Source: an uncultured Planctomycetota bacterium
GTDB taxonomy: Bacteria; Planctomycetota; Brocadiia; JAADGH01; CAYPFP01
Assembly (NCBI GenBank): GCA_964409935.1
Contig: CAYPFP010000005.1
Span: forward strand, 25,640 to 89,639
Direction: 5' to 3'
Length of the DNA stretch: 64,000 nt
In this document: positions 1 through 10,153 of the stretch, one piece after another
Layout of the letters: each line of letters opens with the position of its first letter
Numbering within the stretch: the first letter of the stretch is position 1
Program-made: the position numbers and the translations under genes
The notes under the pieces: model-generated
Seen by the model: only the letters and a program-made list of their open reading frames with translations
Told to the model about the DNA's origin: nothing
The model's database searches: none

Positions 1-1035
1 TGGGAGTTGCTGGTCAAGCAGGCGCTCGAATATCGGCCACAAAGCATAGTCGTGGGCGACCCGGAGTGCGCGGCAGCCGTAAAGCGCGCTCTGTCCGGAC
101 GCAGAATCCGTGTCCTTGTGGGCAGCGAGGCCCTCAGAGAAGTCGCGGCTTCGCCTCAGGTTGATATCGTTCTGTTGGCCATCATGGGAGCAGCGGGTCT
201 ACCGGCCGCACTTTCCGCCGTGCACGCCGGGAAGACTCTTGCCATCGCAAACAAGGAGCCTCTGGTAATGGCGGGGGACCTTATCATGGCGGCGGCTCGT
301 CGGAGCGGGGCGAAGGTGCTTCCGGTTGATAGCGAGCACAGCGCCGTCTTGCAGGCCATGCGCGGAGGAGCGCGGAGCGAAGTCAGGCGCATTATCATAA
401 CGGCCTCGGGAGGGCCATTTTACAGCAAGCCTATACGCGAGATACAAAGCGCGACGAAGGAGCAAGCGTTGGCCCATCCCACGTGGAAGATGGGCGCCAA
501 GATCACCATAGACTCCGCCACGCTCATCAACAAGGCCCTGGAGATCATCGAGGCAAAGTGGCTTTTCGGTCTTCGCCCAGAGCAGATTGGGGTTGTCATC
601 CATCCGCAGTCCATTGTCCACGCGTTTGTGGAATTCTGCGATGGCTCCATGGTCGCACAGGTGGCCATGCCCGACATGAAGCTCCCAATCCAGTTCGCCC
701 TGACGTACCCAGACCGTCTTGACAACGCGGCGTCTCACGTTCATTTTGCGGACATCTCGTCGTTGACGTTCCTTGAACCGGACACCGGGAAATTTCCGGC
801 GTTGGAGCTGGGCTACAAGGCGGCGCGAGAGGGGGGCACGCTGGGCGCGGTCCTAAGCGCCGCCAATGAAACCGCCGTGGCGGCGTTTCTCAAGGACCGA
901 CTGCGGTTTGGCGAGATCGTGGACGTTGTCGGCCGCGTGATGGCCGACCATCGGCCGTTGCGCACTCCCACACTGAGCGACGTCCTGGACGCCGACACCT
1001 GGGCACGGGCCAAAGCAGAGAGTTATATCGCGTAA
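1..1035 (+). CDS. dxr: 1-deoxy-D-xylulose 5-phosphate reductoisomerase, 5' end truncated by the window
   Basis: The ORF frame is open from base 1. Protein carries the Dxr hallmark LPVDSEHSA(V)LQA and the C-terminal Dxr domain. The next gene is rseP, the classic dxr-rseP arrangement. Confidence 0.9.
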   Translation, partial: WELLVKQALEYRPQSIVVGDPECAAAVKRALSGRRIRVLVGSEALREVAASPQVDIVLLAIMGAAGLPAALSAVHAGKTLAIANKEPLVMAGDLIMAAARRSGAKVLPVDSEHSAVLQAMRGGARSEVRRIIITASGGPFYSKPIREIQSATKEQALAHPTWKMGAKITIDSATLINKALEIIEAKWLFGLRPEQIGVVIHPQSIVHAFVEFCDGSMVAQVAMPDMKLPIQFALTYPDRLDNAASHVHFADISSLTFLEPDTGKFPALELGYKAAREGGTLGAVLSAANETAVAAFLKDRLRFGEIVDVVGRVMADHRPLRTPTLSDVLDADTWARAKAESYIA

Positions 1036-1046
1036 ATCCTAGTGAG

Positions 1047-2894
1047 GTGTTAGACGTGCCCCTATCCAGTCTGACCGCTTTCATGTCAAGTGCCAACCCC
1101 ATCCTGCTCGTGGTGGTCAGCTTGGGGTTCGTCATTTTTGTCCACGAGCTTGGACACTTTCTGACGGCCAAGTTTGCGGGCGTCCGTGTGGATGCATTTT
1201 CGCTTGGCTTTGGGCCGATCCTTTTGCACTGGAAAGTCGGAGACACCGACTACCGCCTATCGCTGATTCCTCTGGGCGGCTACGTCAAACTGGCAGGCGA
1301 AAGTGCCGAGAGCGGGGCGCCACCCAAACCTGATGAACTCATGGCACAGCCCGTCTCAAAGCGTGCCATGATCTTTGGGGCAGGGGTGGTCATGAACATG
1401 CTTACGGCCTTTGCGATGTTCATCGTCGCGTTTCGGATCGGCGTCTACTTTCCGGCCGCGGTCGTGGGCGGGACGGAGCCGGGCAGTCCGGCCTGGGTTG
1501 CCGGACTTCAGGCGGGAGACCGGATACTGGAGATCAACGGCAATAAGGATCCCGACTTCGAGGAATTGGTCACAGCCGCAGCTCTTGCCAGAGGCGCCAG
1601 GGGCGTCTCGCTTGTTGTTGAGCGGGACGGGAAGGAGATGTCCTTCGAGCTGAAGCCCCAGTACGACACAGCAATTGGGGTGCGTTTGTTGGGCATAGAG
1701 CGGGGGGTTTCGCTTCGGGTCGGGGCGGTACTGGCCTTCGGGACAAAGGAGAATTCGCCCGCCCTGCAGGCCGGTATTGAGGTCGGAGATCGGCTGATGG
1801 CCGTCAACGACCACAAGCTGACGACATGGAACGATTTCCGCGCCCTGTGCGCGGCAAGCCCCGGCAAGCCGCTCACCGTGTTGCTGGAACGCGATGGCAA
1901 GGAGCTTTCCGTGACGCTCACTCCTCGCCAGGTTATTCCATACCAGGTGGGCGTGTCCGGCCTCTCTTGTGTTGTAAGGGCCGTTCGCCGGAACAGCTTG
2001 TCGGAGCAGGTCGGCTTCGCCGAGGGCGACAAGATTCTCTCGGTCAACGGCACGGTCGTGTCGTCGTGGATGCGCTTTGTGGACCAGTTGGCGGCTGCAC
2101 AGGCGGTCCCAATCAAGATTGAGGTCGAGCGGAAAGGGAAGACTCAAGCCATAACTGTGCCTCGTGCCGATGCCACGCAGAAAGCCAGACTTCATGAGTC
2201 GTTGTCGCCCGTGCGCGGGCTCACGGTTGCCGAGATTGTCGAAGGGTCTCCGGCAGCAAAAGCCGGACTCAAGGCCGGCGACACACTGTTAACCATGAAT
2301 GGAAAGGCGTTGCGTTCCTGGGATGACTTTGTTGCGCGAGTGCGCGCCAATGAAGCCAAGCCGATCATGTTGACATGGGAGCGCGACGGCGCGAAGTTCG
2401 GCCCCCTTTCGGTGCAGCCGGTTCCGAACGAGAAGGCGGCCTACGGCGAGGTCGGCCTGGCGCCGATGGAGGAGCGCGTCCTGCGCAAGTACGGCTTCTG
2501 GAAGTCCTGCACTGTGGGGACACACAAGGCGGTTCTCACGGTAGTCCAGCTCTACCACACCCTGGTAGGCCTGTTCTCCGGCGCGATCTCTCCCCGGAAC
2601 GTGGGGAGCATCATTCTCATCGCTCAGGCAACATACTATTCAGCGCTGGAAGGGATTGGGAAGCTCCTTTATTTTCTCGGCGTGCTCGGCATCAACTTCG
2701 CCATCATAAACGTCTTCCCCATTCCTGTTCTGGATGGAGGCCACCTGCTGTTCCTCGTATTCGAGAAGATCAAAGGCTCGCCTGTAAGAGAGCGCACCAT
2801 GAGCATTGCACAGTACGTAGGCCTTGTGTTGATCCTCGGCCTCATCCTGTTCGCCGTCCGGAATGATATCCTGCGGATCCTCGGAAGCTCCTGA
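1047..2894 (+). CDS. rseP: RIP site-2 zinc metalloprotease RseP-like with multiple PDZ domains
   Basis: GTG start 12 nt after the dxr stop. HELGHF zinc motif sits in the first TM region. It is longer than typical RseP at 615 aa, with several PDZ-like segments and a C-terminal TM helix. Confidence 0.8.
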   Translation: MLDVPLSSLTAFMSSANPILLVVVSLGFVIFVHELGHFLTAKFAGVRVDAFSLGFGPILLHWKVGDTDYRLSLIPLGGYVKLAGESAESGAPPKPDELMAQPVSKRAMIFGAGVVMNMLTAFAMFIVAFRIGVYFPAAVVGGTEPGSPAWVAGLQAGDRILEINGNKDPDFEELVTAAALARGARGVSLVVERDGKEMSFELKPQYDTAIGVRLLGIERGVSLRVGAVLAFGTKENSPALQAGIEVGDRLMAVNDHKLTTWNDFRALCAASPGKPLTVLLERDGKELSVTLTPRQVIPYQVGVSGLSCVVRAVRRNSLSEQVGFAEGDKILSVNGTVVSSWMRFVDQLAAAQAVPIKIEVERKGKTQAITVPRADATQKARLHESLSPVRGLTVAEIVEGSPAAKAGLKAGDTLLTMNGKALRSWDDFVARVRANEAKPIMLTWERDGAKFGPLSVQPVPNEKAAYGEVGLAPMEERVLRKYGFWKSCTVGTHKAVLTVVQLYHTLVGLFSGAISPRNVGSIILIAQATYYSALEGIGKLLYFLGVLGINFAIINVFPIPVLDGGHLLFLVFEKIKGSPVRERTMSIAQYVGLVLILGLILFAVRNDILRILGSS

Positions 2895-2918
2895 CCCGCC
2901 AAAGAGCGCGTTTACCAA

Positions 2919-5900
2919 ATGACCCATCAGGCTATCCATCAACGCGGTCGGGTCGTGATCGGCGCGCTTTTCTTCTTTTCGGGGTTCAGCGCCCTCATTT
3001 ACGAGGTGCTGTGGGTCCGCATGCTGACGCTGTCTTTCGGCAACACTGCACAGGCGGCGGCCGCTGTCATGGCAACGTTGTTCGGGGGATTCGCAATTGG
3101 GGCCCTTGCGGGCGGACGATTGACGGACATGGCGGTCTCGCGTCTTTCTCCCCGCAACTTCATGGGGGACGACGGCGACCCCCCCGTTGAATCCTCGAGG
3201 GTCTTCCTGCTGCAGGTATACGGAATACTCGAACTCGGCATCGGCCTCTATGCCCTGGCCACACCTTTCCTCTTCAGGTTCGGCGAGGTCATCTTCGTTC
3301 AGCTTTGCCGCGGTTCAGAAGAAGCAAGCATCGGCCTGACGGCGCTAAAGGTTTTCATGTCCTTCCTCGCGCTGGTCATCCCGTCGTCTCTGATGGGCGC
3401 CACTTTGCCGCTACTCTCGAAATGTGTTTCGGAGACGGTGGCAAAGGCGGGCTCCCGGGTGGGGTATCTCTACGCGCTGAACACGTGGGGAGGCGTTGCC
3501 GGAACGTTCCTGGCCGGCTTTGTGATGATACCGTTTCTCGGTGTCACCTGGACGCTGATCATTGCCGCGATCACCAACGCCGCGATCGCCGGCGTCGTAT
3601 TTGCCATCGCCGGAAGCAGCGTTTCCATGGTACGTCTCTTTCCAGGCCGCCAGGCAGACACACAACGCCCACGGCCTTTGCCCATCGAGACGTCCCTGGC
3701 TCCTATGGCACATCGCCTTGAGCAGGGCGTCTCGCGGGAAGGGCTGCGGGTCTGGCTGCTCACGATTGTGGCCATCTCCGGGATGACGTCCCTGGCGTAT
3801 GAAGTTCTGTGGACGCGAACATTCATCATCATTTTTGGGGCGGACATCTACGCATTCACGGCCGTACTCGCAACGTTTCTTACGGGCATCGGCATCGGCA
3901 GCTATTTTGCCTCGCGCCTCATCGAGCGCCGCCTGACACAAGGGGCGTCCGTCCTGGGGAAGGGGCTTGTTCTGGTCGCATGTGCTCAGATCATTATCGG
4001 CATCACCGCGCTGGCGCTCTTGCCTTCCTTTGACAAGCTGCCGTATGTCTTCTTCAAGACCCGCAACTGGGTAGGGGACGGGTGGTTCGGCTCGATGTTC
4101 ACGCGATTTGCGGTAACATTTGCGCTGACCATCGTGCCGACGGCGTTGCTCGGCGCCACCTTCCCCCTGGCCGTTCGTTTGTACACGTCAAGCCTTCGGC
4201 ATTTGGGCAGTCAGGTTGGGGAAATGTATGCCTCAAACACACTGGCCGCTATCTTCGGTTCGCTGGCTGCCGGTTTCTTCCTCATCCCTGTCTTTGGGGT
4301 CGAATGGAGCATCAAGCTGACGGCGGTTACGAACCTGGCTTTGGGGGCATGTCTCCTTGTAGCGCCCCTGGAGTCCGGCGCGCGCATCGCGGCGCGGGTG
4401 GGTCTGGTGGGGGCCGCCCTCTTATTGGCGGTGATCCCCGGATGGAACCAGAAACTCATCGCCCTCGCACAGCTTCGCGTGTGGAGCCGCACGGCGAACT
4501 CCTTTTCGGAGTTCAAGCGATTCGTTGAGTCCGTCCAATTGCCTTTCTATGAGGAGGGGGTCACAGCCACCGTCGGTGTGGCGCAGATCCCCGGCCTGAC
4601 TACTCTGACAATCAACGGCAAACCGGTCGCTTCGACGGGCTATTCGGATGTCATGGTTGAACACATCCTGGGCTTTTTGCCGACGGCCCTGAGCAAGAAT
4701 CCCAAGCGTGCATTGGTGATCGGCTTGGGTACGGGCGTGACCCTGTCGGGTGTTCCTACGCGTCCCGGCCTGAAAGTGGACTGCGTCGAGATCTCTCCCG
4801 AGGTCGCGAAGGCCGCGCGCACATGGTTCGCCGGCGTCAATCACAAGGTCCTGGAGAATCGCGATGTGCGTCTCGTCATCGCCGACGCGCGACAGTTCCT
4901 TTTGTTGTCGAATCAGAAGTACGACATCATCACCTCCGATCCTATCCATCCATGGGCCGCAGGATCGGTCAACCTGTACACTCACGAGTTCTATCTGTTG
5001 TGTCGAGAGCGCCTGGCGAAGGACGGCGTCATGTGCCAGTGGCTACCGATGTACCAACTGTCCGACGCCGACATGAAGGCCGTGCTGAGGACGTTCAGTT
5101 CGGTGTTTCCCCATACGACGGTCTGGGCGTGCGCGGCTGACCTCGTGGTTATCGGGACCGCCGGCTCCATCCAGATTGATCTGGAAGATTTTGTGAAGTT
5201 CTTCCGTCAAGAACAGGTCGCCGATGACCTGGCAGGCGTCCAGATGGCCAGCGCTTTTGACATTATCGGTCTGCTTCTTCTGGAAGAGGAGGGCGTTGCG
5301 AGGATCACCAGTGACGCAACGAGAGTGACTGACGATCGTCCTTCGCTGGAGTTCACGACGCCGAGATATTATAGTCTGCCGATCCACTGCGATATCCTAA
5401 AGGACATGCTGAAGTATCGCCACCAAGCCGTCCAACGTCTGCGCGCCGGACTGCGTTTGGAGCGGGGCATGAGTGCGCGCGACGTGGACCGCAGGCTTCA
5501 GTATGTTTTCGATCGGTCAGGTAGGCGACTGGCCGGTCAGGCGTCGCGATCGGCGCAGCAATTCATGGCCGGGTTGGCAAACTTGCGAGCCGGTAACACC
5601 GCTGAGGCGATCGCCATCCTGGAGACTGCGCTCGTCAAAGACCCGTCAGATGCCGAGATTCGCCACTACCTTGCTTTGGCCTACCTGGTAACGGGAGATG
5701 GGGCGCGAGCCAAGCAACAGTTCGAGGAAGCTGTGAGATTGGATCCTGACCGGGATGAGACATTCATCGAGTTGGCGAAGCTTGCCCTGGCCGCCGACCG
5801 GCCGGATGAAGCGTTCGCGCGGGCCAAGCAGGCATTGGACATCAACCCGTGGGCAGCCGCTCCGCACAACATCCTGGCCCTCGTCTACCTGAAGCGCAAG

Positions 5901-6089
5901 CTTCTGGTGAAGGCGGAGGAGGAATTCCTACTCGCCCTGGCAGCCGATCCCCGCGACGTCACAGCCCAGGCGGGACGGGCCAGACTACGCTCGGTTTCCA
6001 GTCAGGCAGCTCCCAAGGCGCAGCCCGAAGCTCAGGACGAGCCGCCGGGCACATCGTCTTCGCCCTCCAGACGTGCGAAACCCCGCTAA
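2919..6089 (+). CDS. fused polytopic membrane domain / spermidine-synthase-like aminopropyltransferase / C-terminal TPR repeats
   Basis: N-terminal about 500 aa is hydrophobic with many TM helices. The central region has the spermidine synthase fold motif DIITSDPIHPWAAGSVNLYTHEFY. The C-terminal 250 aa has TPR-like repeats and a Pro-rich tail. Confidence 0.7.
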   Translation: MTHQAIHQRGRVVIGALFFFSGFSALIYEVLWVRMLTLSFGNTAQAAAAVMATLFGGFAIGALAGGRLTDMAVSRLSPRNFMGDDGDPPVESSRVFLLQVYGILELGIGLYALATPFLFRFGEVIFVQLCRGSEEASIGLTALKVFMSFLALVIPSSLMGATLPLLSKCVSETVAKAGSRVGYLYALNTWGGVAGTFLAGFVMIPFLGVTWTLIIAAITNAAIAGVVFAIAGSSVSMVRLFPGRQADTQRPRPLPIETSLAPMAHRLEQGVSREGLRVWLLTIVAISGMTSLAYEVLWTRTFIIIFGADIYAFTAVLATFLTGIGIGSYFASRLIERRLTQGASVLGKGLVLVACAQIIIGITALALLPSFDKLPYVFFKTRNWVGDGWFGSMFTRFAVTFALTIVPTALLGATFPLAVRLYTSSLRHLGSQVGEMYASNTLAAIFGSLAAGFFLIPVFGVEWSIKLTAVTNLALGACLLVAPLESGARIAARVGLVGAALLLAVIPGWNQKLIALAQLRVWSRTANSFSEFKRFVESVQLPFYEEGVTATVGVAQIPGLTTLTINGKPVASTGYSDVMVEHILGFLPTALSKNPKRALVIGLGTGVTLSGVPTRPGLKVDCVEISPEVAKAARTWFAGVNHKVLENRDVRLVIADARQFLLLSNQKYDIITSDPIHPWAAGSVNLYTHEFYLLCRERLAKDGVMCQWLPMYQLSDADMKAVLRTFSSVFPHTTVWACAADLVVIGTAGSIQIDLEDFVKFFRQEQVADDLAGVQMASAFDIIGLLLLEEEGVARITSDATRVTDDRPSLEFTTPRYYSLPIHCDILKDMLKYRHQAVQRLRAGLRLERGMSARDVDRRLQYVFDRSGRRLAGQASRSAQQFMAGLANLRAGNTAEAIAILETALVKDPSDAEIRHYLALAYLVTGDGARAKQQFEEAVRLDPDRDETFIELAKLALAADRPDEAFARAKQALDINPWAAAPHNILALVYLKRKLLVKAEEEFLLALAADPRDVTAQAGRARLRSVSSQAAPKAQPEAQDEPPGTSSSPSRRAKPR

Positions 6090-6108
6090 AGCACTCATGC
6101 CATGGTCA

Positions 6109-7635
6109 TCAACGGCTCTGCGTTACCGGCGCAGAATCAATCTTAGTGTTCAGTTCCAGGACGTCATGCATTTCGGAGCTTCGCAGATAGGGGGGCAGCC
6201 GCCGGTAGTTGCTCATGGCAAAGCCAAGCGTGGACTCCCTTTTCAGGCTACCGTGAGTTCCTTTCACCTTGCAGAACAACTCAAACCACTTGGCGCCGTA
6301 GTAGTAGCCGTCCGCAATGCTGATAACAAGATTTGCCTTGTTCTGAACAAGATTCAACGAGGCCTCGTATAGACGGTGAATGGCGTCCACATACTTATGC
6401 TCCTTCGTGGCCTCGTGCCAATCTGTATCGGCGCCATAGCCCTCGGCATCGAGCTTCCCGGCTTTCCCAAGTCCTCCGGCAACGGCACCCAACTCAAGGG
6501 GATCGCCCTGCTGCTGTTCGTACTTGTAGAACTCGCCTGAACTTTTCTTCAGAATGCGCGCTCTTCCTTTCGGTCCACGCACGACCGCCGCGCCGTCGCG
6601 GGAGAAGAGCACCAGGTCCACGCCCGTGATCGTGGTCAAGAAATCCGACAGTTCCTCCTCTCGGCCGTCCTCGGTGTACAATACGGCGAAATTGACGAGA
6701 CCGAAGGCGGGCAGCACCACAGAGGGCCTTCCTTGGAGTCCGAGGCGCTTGTCGAGTTCGCTGATCCCGAAGTGCTTCTTAAAGAAGTCGTCGAGCGGTA
6801 TGCGCCGGCTGGGAACAAAGTTGTTGCCGTGATCGGAGAACACAACGACTTTGATCGGACCGGACCGGGTCAGGATCAGTTCGCGCAAGGCAAGGTCAAC
6901 GTCTTTCAGGAAGGCCGCCAAACCCGGTTCTCCAAGCTTATGGGCCAACCCATCCGTTGCGCCGATGTAGGCGATCACTTCGTCTTTAATGTCGAGGAGT
7001 TTGAAGCTGTCCTTCATGCCGTTGAAGTCCTCGGCGGAGACAGGCTTGGGCGCAAGGTAAATTGTTCCTCCCTGAGCGCCGGGCGTCTGGTAATCGAAGA
7101 GATTGTAGAACTCCGCCATCCTGTCTTTGTGGAGATGCTCCATCATGCCGCCCGCCAGTTTGTTATTCTTCCGGTCAAAGTACCGCTCCTCATAGCTCAC
7201 GGGCTTGGCGGTGCGGAAAATCTCCGTGAAACTCAGAAACGTCATTGAGGGGAACGGACTAATCATGGCCGAGGGCGGATGGAACTCGCGGAAATAGCCC
7301 TGGTCCCATAGCTGTTTCATGGTGCCATACGGAACGCTGTCCATGCAGAGCACAAAGCGCTTGCACCTGGTCTTGGCCACCTCTTCCTGTGTGACGACGC
7401 GTGTGACGGCGCCAGCTGGCTGCGAACGGAAGGTGTAGCGGTCCAGGACACCGTCGCCGTCGGTGTCGCCGACCTCGACGGAGAGGTGCACGGGTTTCTG
7501 AAGGGAATAGACGTTGTGGAGAGGTTTATGTAGAGCGGCCTCTCTAGGCGGCGCCAGGGATTTCTGGACACGCGGCGCGCACGACAACAACGAGACAGCT
7601 ACAACGACCAACAGAATACGAAACTTCCTGCTCAT
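6109..7635 (-). CDS. alkaline-phosphatase-superfamily protein (type I phosphodiesterase/nucleotide pyrophosphatase-like), lipoprotein
   Basis: AlkP core motifs (DSVPYG, SPFPSMTF, VVVFSDHGN). ATG at 7635 has a GGAG RBS and an LLSC lipobox. The track ORF start at 7662 is a GTG without an RBS. Confidence 0.65.
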   Translation of the reverse strand: MSRKFRILLVVVAVSLLSCAPRVQKSLAPPREAALHKPLHNVYSLQKPVHLSVEVGDTDGDGVLDRYTFRSQPAGAVTRVVTQEEVAKTRCKRFVLCMDSVPYGTMKQLWDQGYFREFHPPSAMISPFPSMTFLSFTEIFRTAKPVSYEERYFDRKNNKLAGGMMEHLHKDRMAEFYNLFDYQTPGAQGGTIYLAPKPVSAEDFNGMKDSFKLLDIKDEVIAYIGATDGLAHKLGEPGLAAFLKDVDLALRELILTRSGPIKVVVFSDHGNNFVPSRRIPLDDFFKKHFGISELDKRLGLQGRPSVVLPAFGLVNFAVLYTEDGREEELSDFLTTITGVDLVLFSRDGAAVVRGPKGRARILKKSSGEFYKYEQQQGDPLELGAVAGGLGKAGKLDAEGYGADTDWHEATKEHKYVDAIHRLYEASLNLVQNKANLVISIADGYYYGAKWFELFCKVKGTHGSLKRESTLGFAMSNYRRLPPYLRSSEMHDVLELNTKIDSAPVTQSR

Positions 7636-7700
7636 CTGCACAACACTCCATTGGCTGTACACCTCTGCCGGCAGCCCCGATCGCCACCGGCGCTCTCCAC

Positions 7701-8411
7701 TTACGGCTCCAAGATAACTCTGCCATCGAGAATGCGGACGATGCGGGTGGCTTTCCGGGCAAGCTGGGCTTCGTGGGTCACAAGGATGATGGTCTTCTTT
7801 TGAATAGCATTCAGATCCTGGATCAGGTTCTGAATGCCTTCGCTCGTCTTCGAGTCGAGGTTCCCGGTGGGTTCGTCAAAGAGGAGGATTTCCGGGTCGT
7901 TCATCAACGCACGGGCGATCGCGACTCTCTGCCGTTCTCCCCCGGACAATTGATTGGGCCGATGACTTTCCCGTCCCGAAAGCCCAACTCGGCTGAGGAT
8001 CTCCGAAGCTTTGCTCCTCATGCGGCAGCGCACGGATCCGGGCGAGAAGAGCCATCTCCAGCCGCTCACGCCGACCATGGCCGGGAGCATAACGTTCTCA
8101 ATGGCGGTGAAGTCCGGCAACAGATGGTAGAACTGGAATACGAAGCCGAACAGTTTGTTGCGGCTGCGCGCTAGCGCGGGGCCCGATAGCTGGAAGAGAC
8201 TCTGGCCCCGGTAATGGACTTCACCTGTTGTGGGTGTATCCAAGGTGCCGAGAATGTGGAGCAGCGTGCTCTTACCGGCGCCGCTCTGGCCCAAGACGGC
8301 CAGAAATTCGCCTTCGAGCACATGGAGGTCAATTCCGCGCAGAACATCCAGCGTGGTCTCGCCGTTCAGGTAGGACTTGTGCAGATTGCAGGCCCGAAGA
8401 AGGTCACTCAT
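7701..8411 (-). CDS. lolD: lipoprotein-releasing ABC transporter ATP-binding protein LolD
   Basis: Walker A GQSGAGKST, LSGGERQRVAIARA signature, and the LolD-type start MSDLLRACNLHKSY. The start overlaps the lolC/E stop by 8 bp. The longer track start at 8471 would overlap the upstream gene by 68 bp. Confidence 0.8.
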   Translation of the reverse strand: MSDLLRACNLHKSYLNGETTLDVLRGIDLHVLEGEFLAVLGQSGAGKSTLLHILGTLDTPTTGEVHYRGQSLFQLSGPALARSRNKLFGFVFQFYHLLPDFTAIENVMLPAMVGVSGWRWLFSPGSVRCRMRSKASEILSRVGLSGRESHRPNQLSGGERQRVAIARALMNDPEILLFDEPTGNLDSKTSEGIQNLIQDLNAIQKKTIILVTHEAQLARKATRIVRILDGRVILEP

Positions 8412-9657
8412 AGCGCAACGCCTCCACCGGGTCGAGGCGCGCCGCCCGCAAGGCGGGATACAGGCTGGCAAGGAAGCTAACGAAGACGGCTGAGCAACAG
8501 ATGATCGCTATGACCACCGGGTTGATGTCCGCCGGTATCTTATCCAGGTAATAGATGTCCTTTGGGAAGACGCTGAAGCCCGTAAGGGACTCGACGCGAT
8601 CGGCTATCCAGTTGAGATTGAACGAGATCACAAGCCCGAGGACCACGCCGATGGCGGCGCCAATCACGCCCATGAGCACCCCATTGAAAAGAAAGATATG
8701 AAGCACGCCGCTGGTACGGGCGCCGAGGGCCTTCAGGATGCCGATATCTTTGGTCTTCTCGACGACTACCGTAGTCAGCAAGGCCAGGATCATGAATCCG
8801 GCGACGATGATGATGAAGAAGAGTATCACACCCATGACGCTGCGTTCGAGGGCAATGGCGCGCAAGAATCCCGCCCGCTCCTCCTCCCAGGTTCGAACGA
8901 TGTAACTAGGCCCCAGGATTTCCTGAATCTGCTTCTTGACTTCCGGGGCGTGTTTGTAGTCGTCGAGCGCAAGGCTCAGACTCGTGATCGTCGGGGGCGT
9001 CGTGAGGCCCCGCCATTTTTGGGCCAGATCGAGCGGAATGTACACGATGGTGCTGTCGAACTCAAACATGCCCGACTTGAAGACGCCCGCAAGTCGAAAT
9101 GCCTTGCCCTGCGGCTGGTCCACGCCGCGAAGGGTGACCATAACGACCTCTTCGCCGACCTGCACGTATTCCGGCTGGTCGCCGACAACGTTTCGGCCAA
9201 TCTCAAGCAACTCACGTCCGGCGATGATGGGCCAGGGTTTGGTGATATCGTGTCCCATCTTGAACTCAGGCGGACATCCCCCCACGAGGTACTTGCCCAG
9301 AGAGGTCACCTGCACCTCCGAGTCGGGGTCTATCCCTTTGAAGTATGCCCACTTGCGGTAGTTGCGGAGCCGTATGAGCGCGAGGCCCTCCAGATGCGGC
9401 GAGCAGGCCTTGACATGAGGAATGTCCCTGAGTTGCCGCATGGCCTCCTCGTAGTTCGAGAAGCCGAGGATGTCGCCGCGTTCGACGATGATGTCGGAGA
9501 GGATGCCCTTGATGCGCGCCCGCATCTCGCGGATGAATCCGCTCATGACGGACAGCACGACGACGAGGACCATCACTCCCACAGCGATGCCGCTGATGGA
9601 GAAGAAGCTTATCTTCTTCGAGCGGAGATACCGGAGACAAATGTAGAATTTATACAC
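8404..9657 (-). CDS. LolC/LolE family lipoprotein-releasing ABC transporter permease (FtsX-like)
   Basis: N-terminus MYKFYICLRYLRSKK is typical of LolC/E. It has 4 TM helices with a large periplasmic loop, and is translationally coupled to lolD. Confidence 0.8.
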   Translation of the reverse strand: MYKFYICLRYLRSKKISFFSISGIAVGVMVLVVVLSVMSGFIREMRARIKGILSDIIVERGDILGFSNYEEAMRQLRDIPHVKACSPHLEGLALIRLRNYRKWAYFKGIDPDSEVQVTSLGKYLVGGCPPEFKMGHDITKPWPIIAGRELLEIGRNVVGDQPEYVQVGEEVVMVTLRGVDQPQGKAFRLAGVFKSGMFEFDSTIVYIPLDLAQKWRGLTTPPTITSLSLALDDYKHAPEVKKQIQEILGPSYIVRTWEEERAGFLRAIALERSVMGVILFFIIIVAGFMILALLTTVVVEKTKDIGILKALGARTSGVLHIFLFNGVLMGVIGAAIGVVLGLVISFNLNWIADRVESLTGFSVFPKDIYYLDKIPADINPVVIAIICCSAVFVSFLASLYPALRAARLDPVEALRYE

Positions 9658-9714
9658 GGAACGCTCGCTTTTCTGTTGGCGCAGCGCCGGTGTCAGGACC
9701 GCATCCGCGAGCCT

Positions 9715-9987
9715 CTAGCCGCCCGCCAGCGCGGGCACAATGGACAGTTCGTCGCCATCTCTCACCGGTGTATCAAGGCCCTGGAGGAAGCGCACGTCTT
9801 CGCCGTTGAGAAAAATGCTTACCGCCTTACGGAGATCATTCTCCTCGCACACGCGGCTCTTGATACCCGCATAGCGCGCTTCCAGGTCATCCAAGACGCG
9901 CCGAACCGTTGCGCCGTTAGCACTCACGTCGGCCCTTCCGGCCACGACATCACGCAGAGTCGTGGGAATCCTCACCCTTACCGGCAT
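9715..9987 (-). CDS. ThiS/MoaD-family ubiquitin-like sulfur carrier protein (C-terminal GG)
   Basis: 90 aa, ends ...SIVPALAGG. It has a beta-grasp like length and pattern, and an AGGT RBS upstream of the ATG. Confidence 0.7.
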   Translation of the reverse strand: MPVRVRIPTTLRDVVAGRADVSANGATVRRVLDDLEARYAGIKSRVCEENDLRKAVSIFLNGEDVRFLQGLDTPVRDGDELSIVPALAGG

Positions 9988-10153
9988 CGGTCAACCTCGG
10001 AATTGTACTCTGTTATTGTAGCGGGGATTGCCAAGACAGTCAACCAGGCATGCTTCTTACCGCCTCCTGAACAGGATCCGGGCGTCGGCTGATGGCTGAC
10101 ATAGAGGAATGCCGGAGTTTTTCCACGGAACAGACGGGTATCTAAAAGATGAC

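Noticed and set aside
8698-10092. 464-aa plus-strand ORF (D/E/H-rich) overlapping lolC/E and the ThiS-like gene
   Set aside because: It is entirely antisense to two well-supported genes. Its composition is low complexity with no motifs, typical of a GC-rich shadow ORF.
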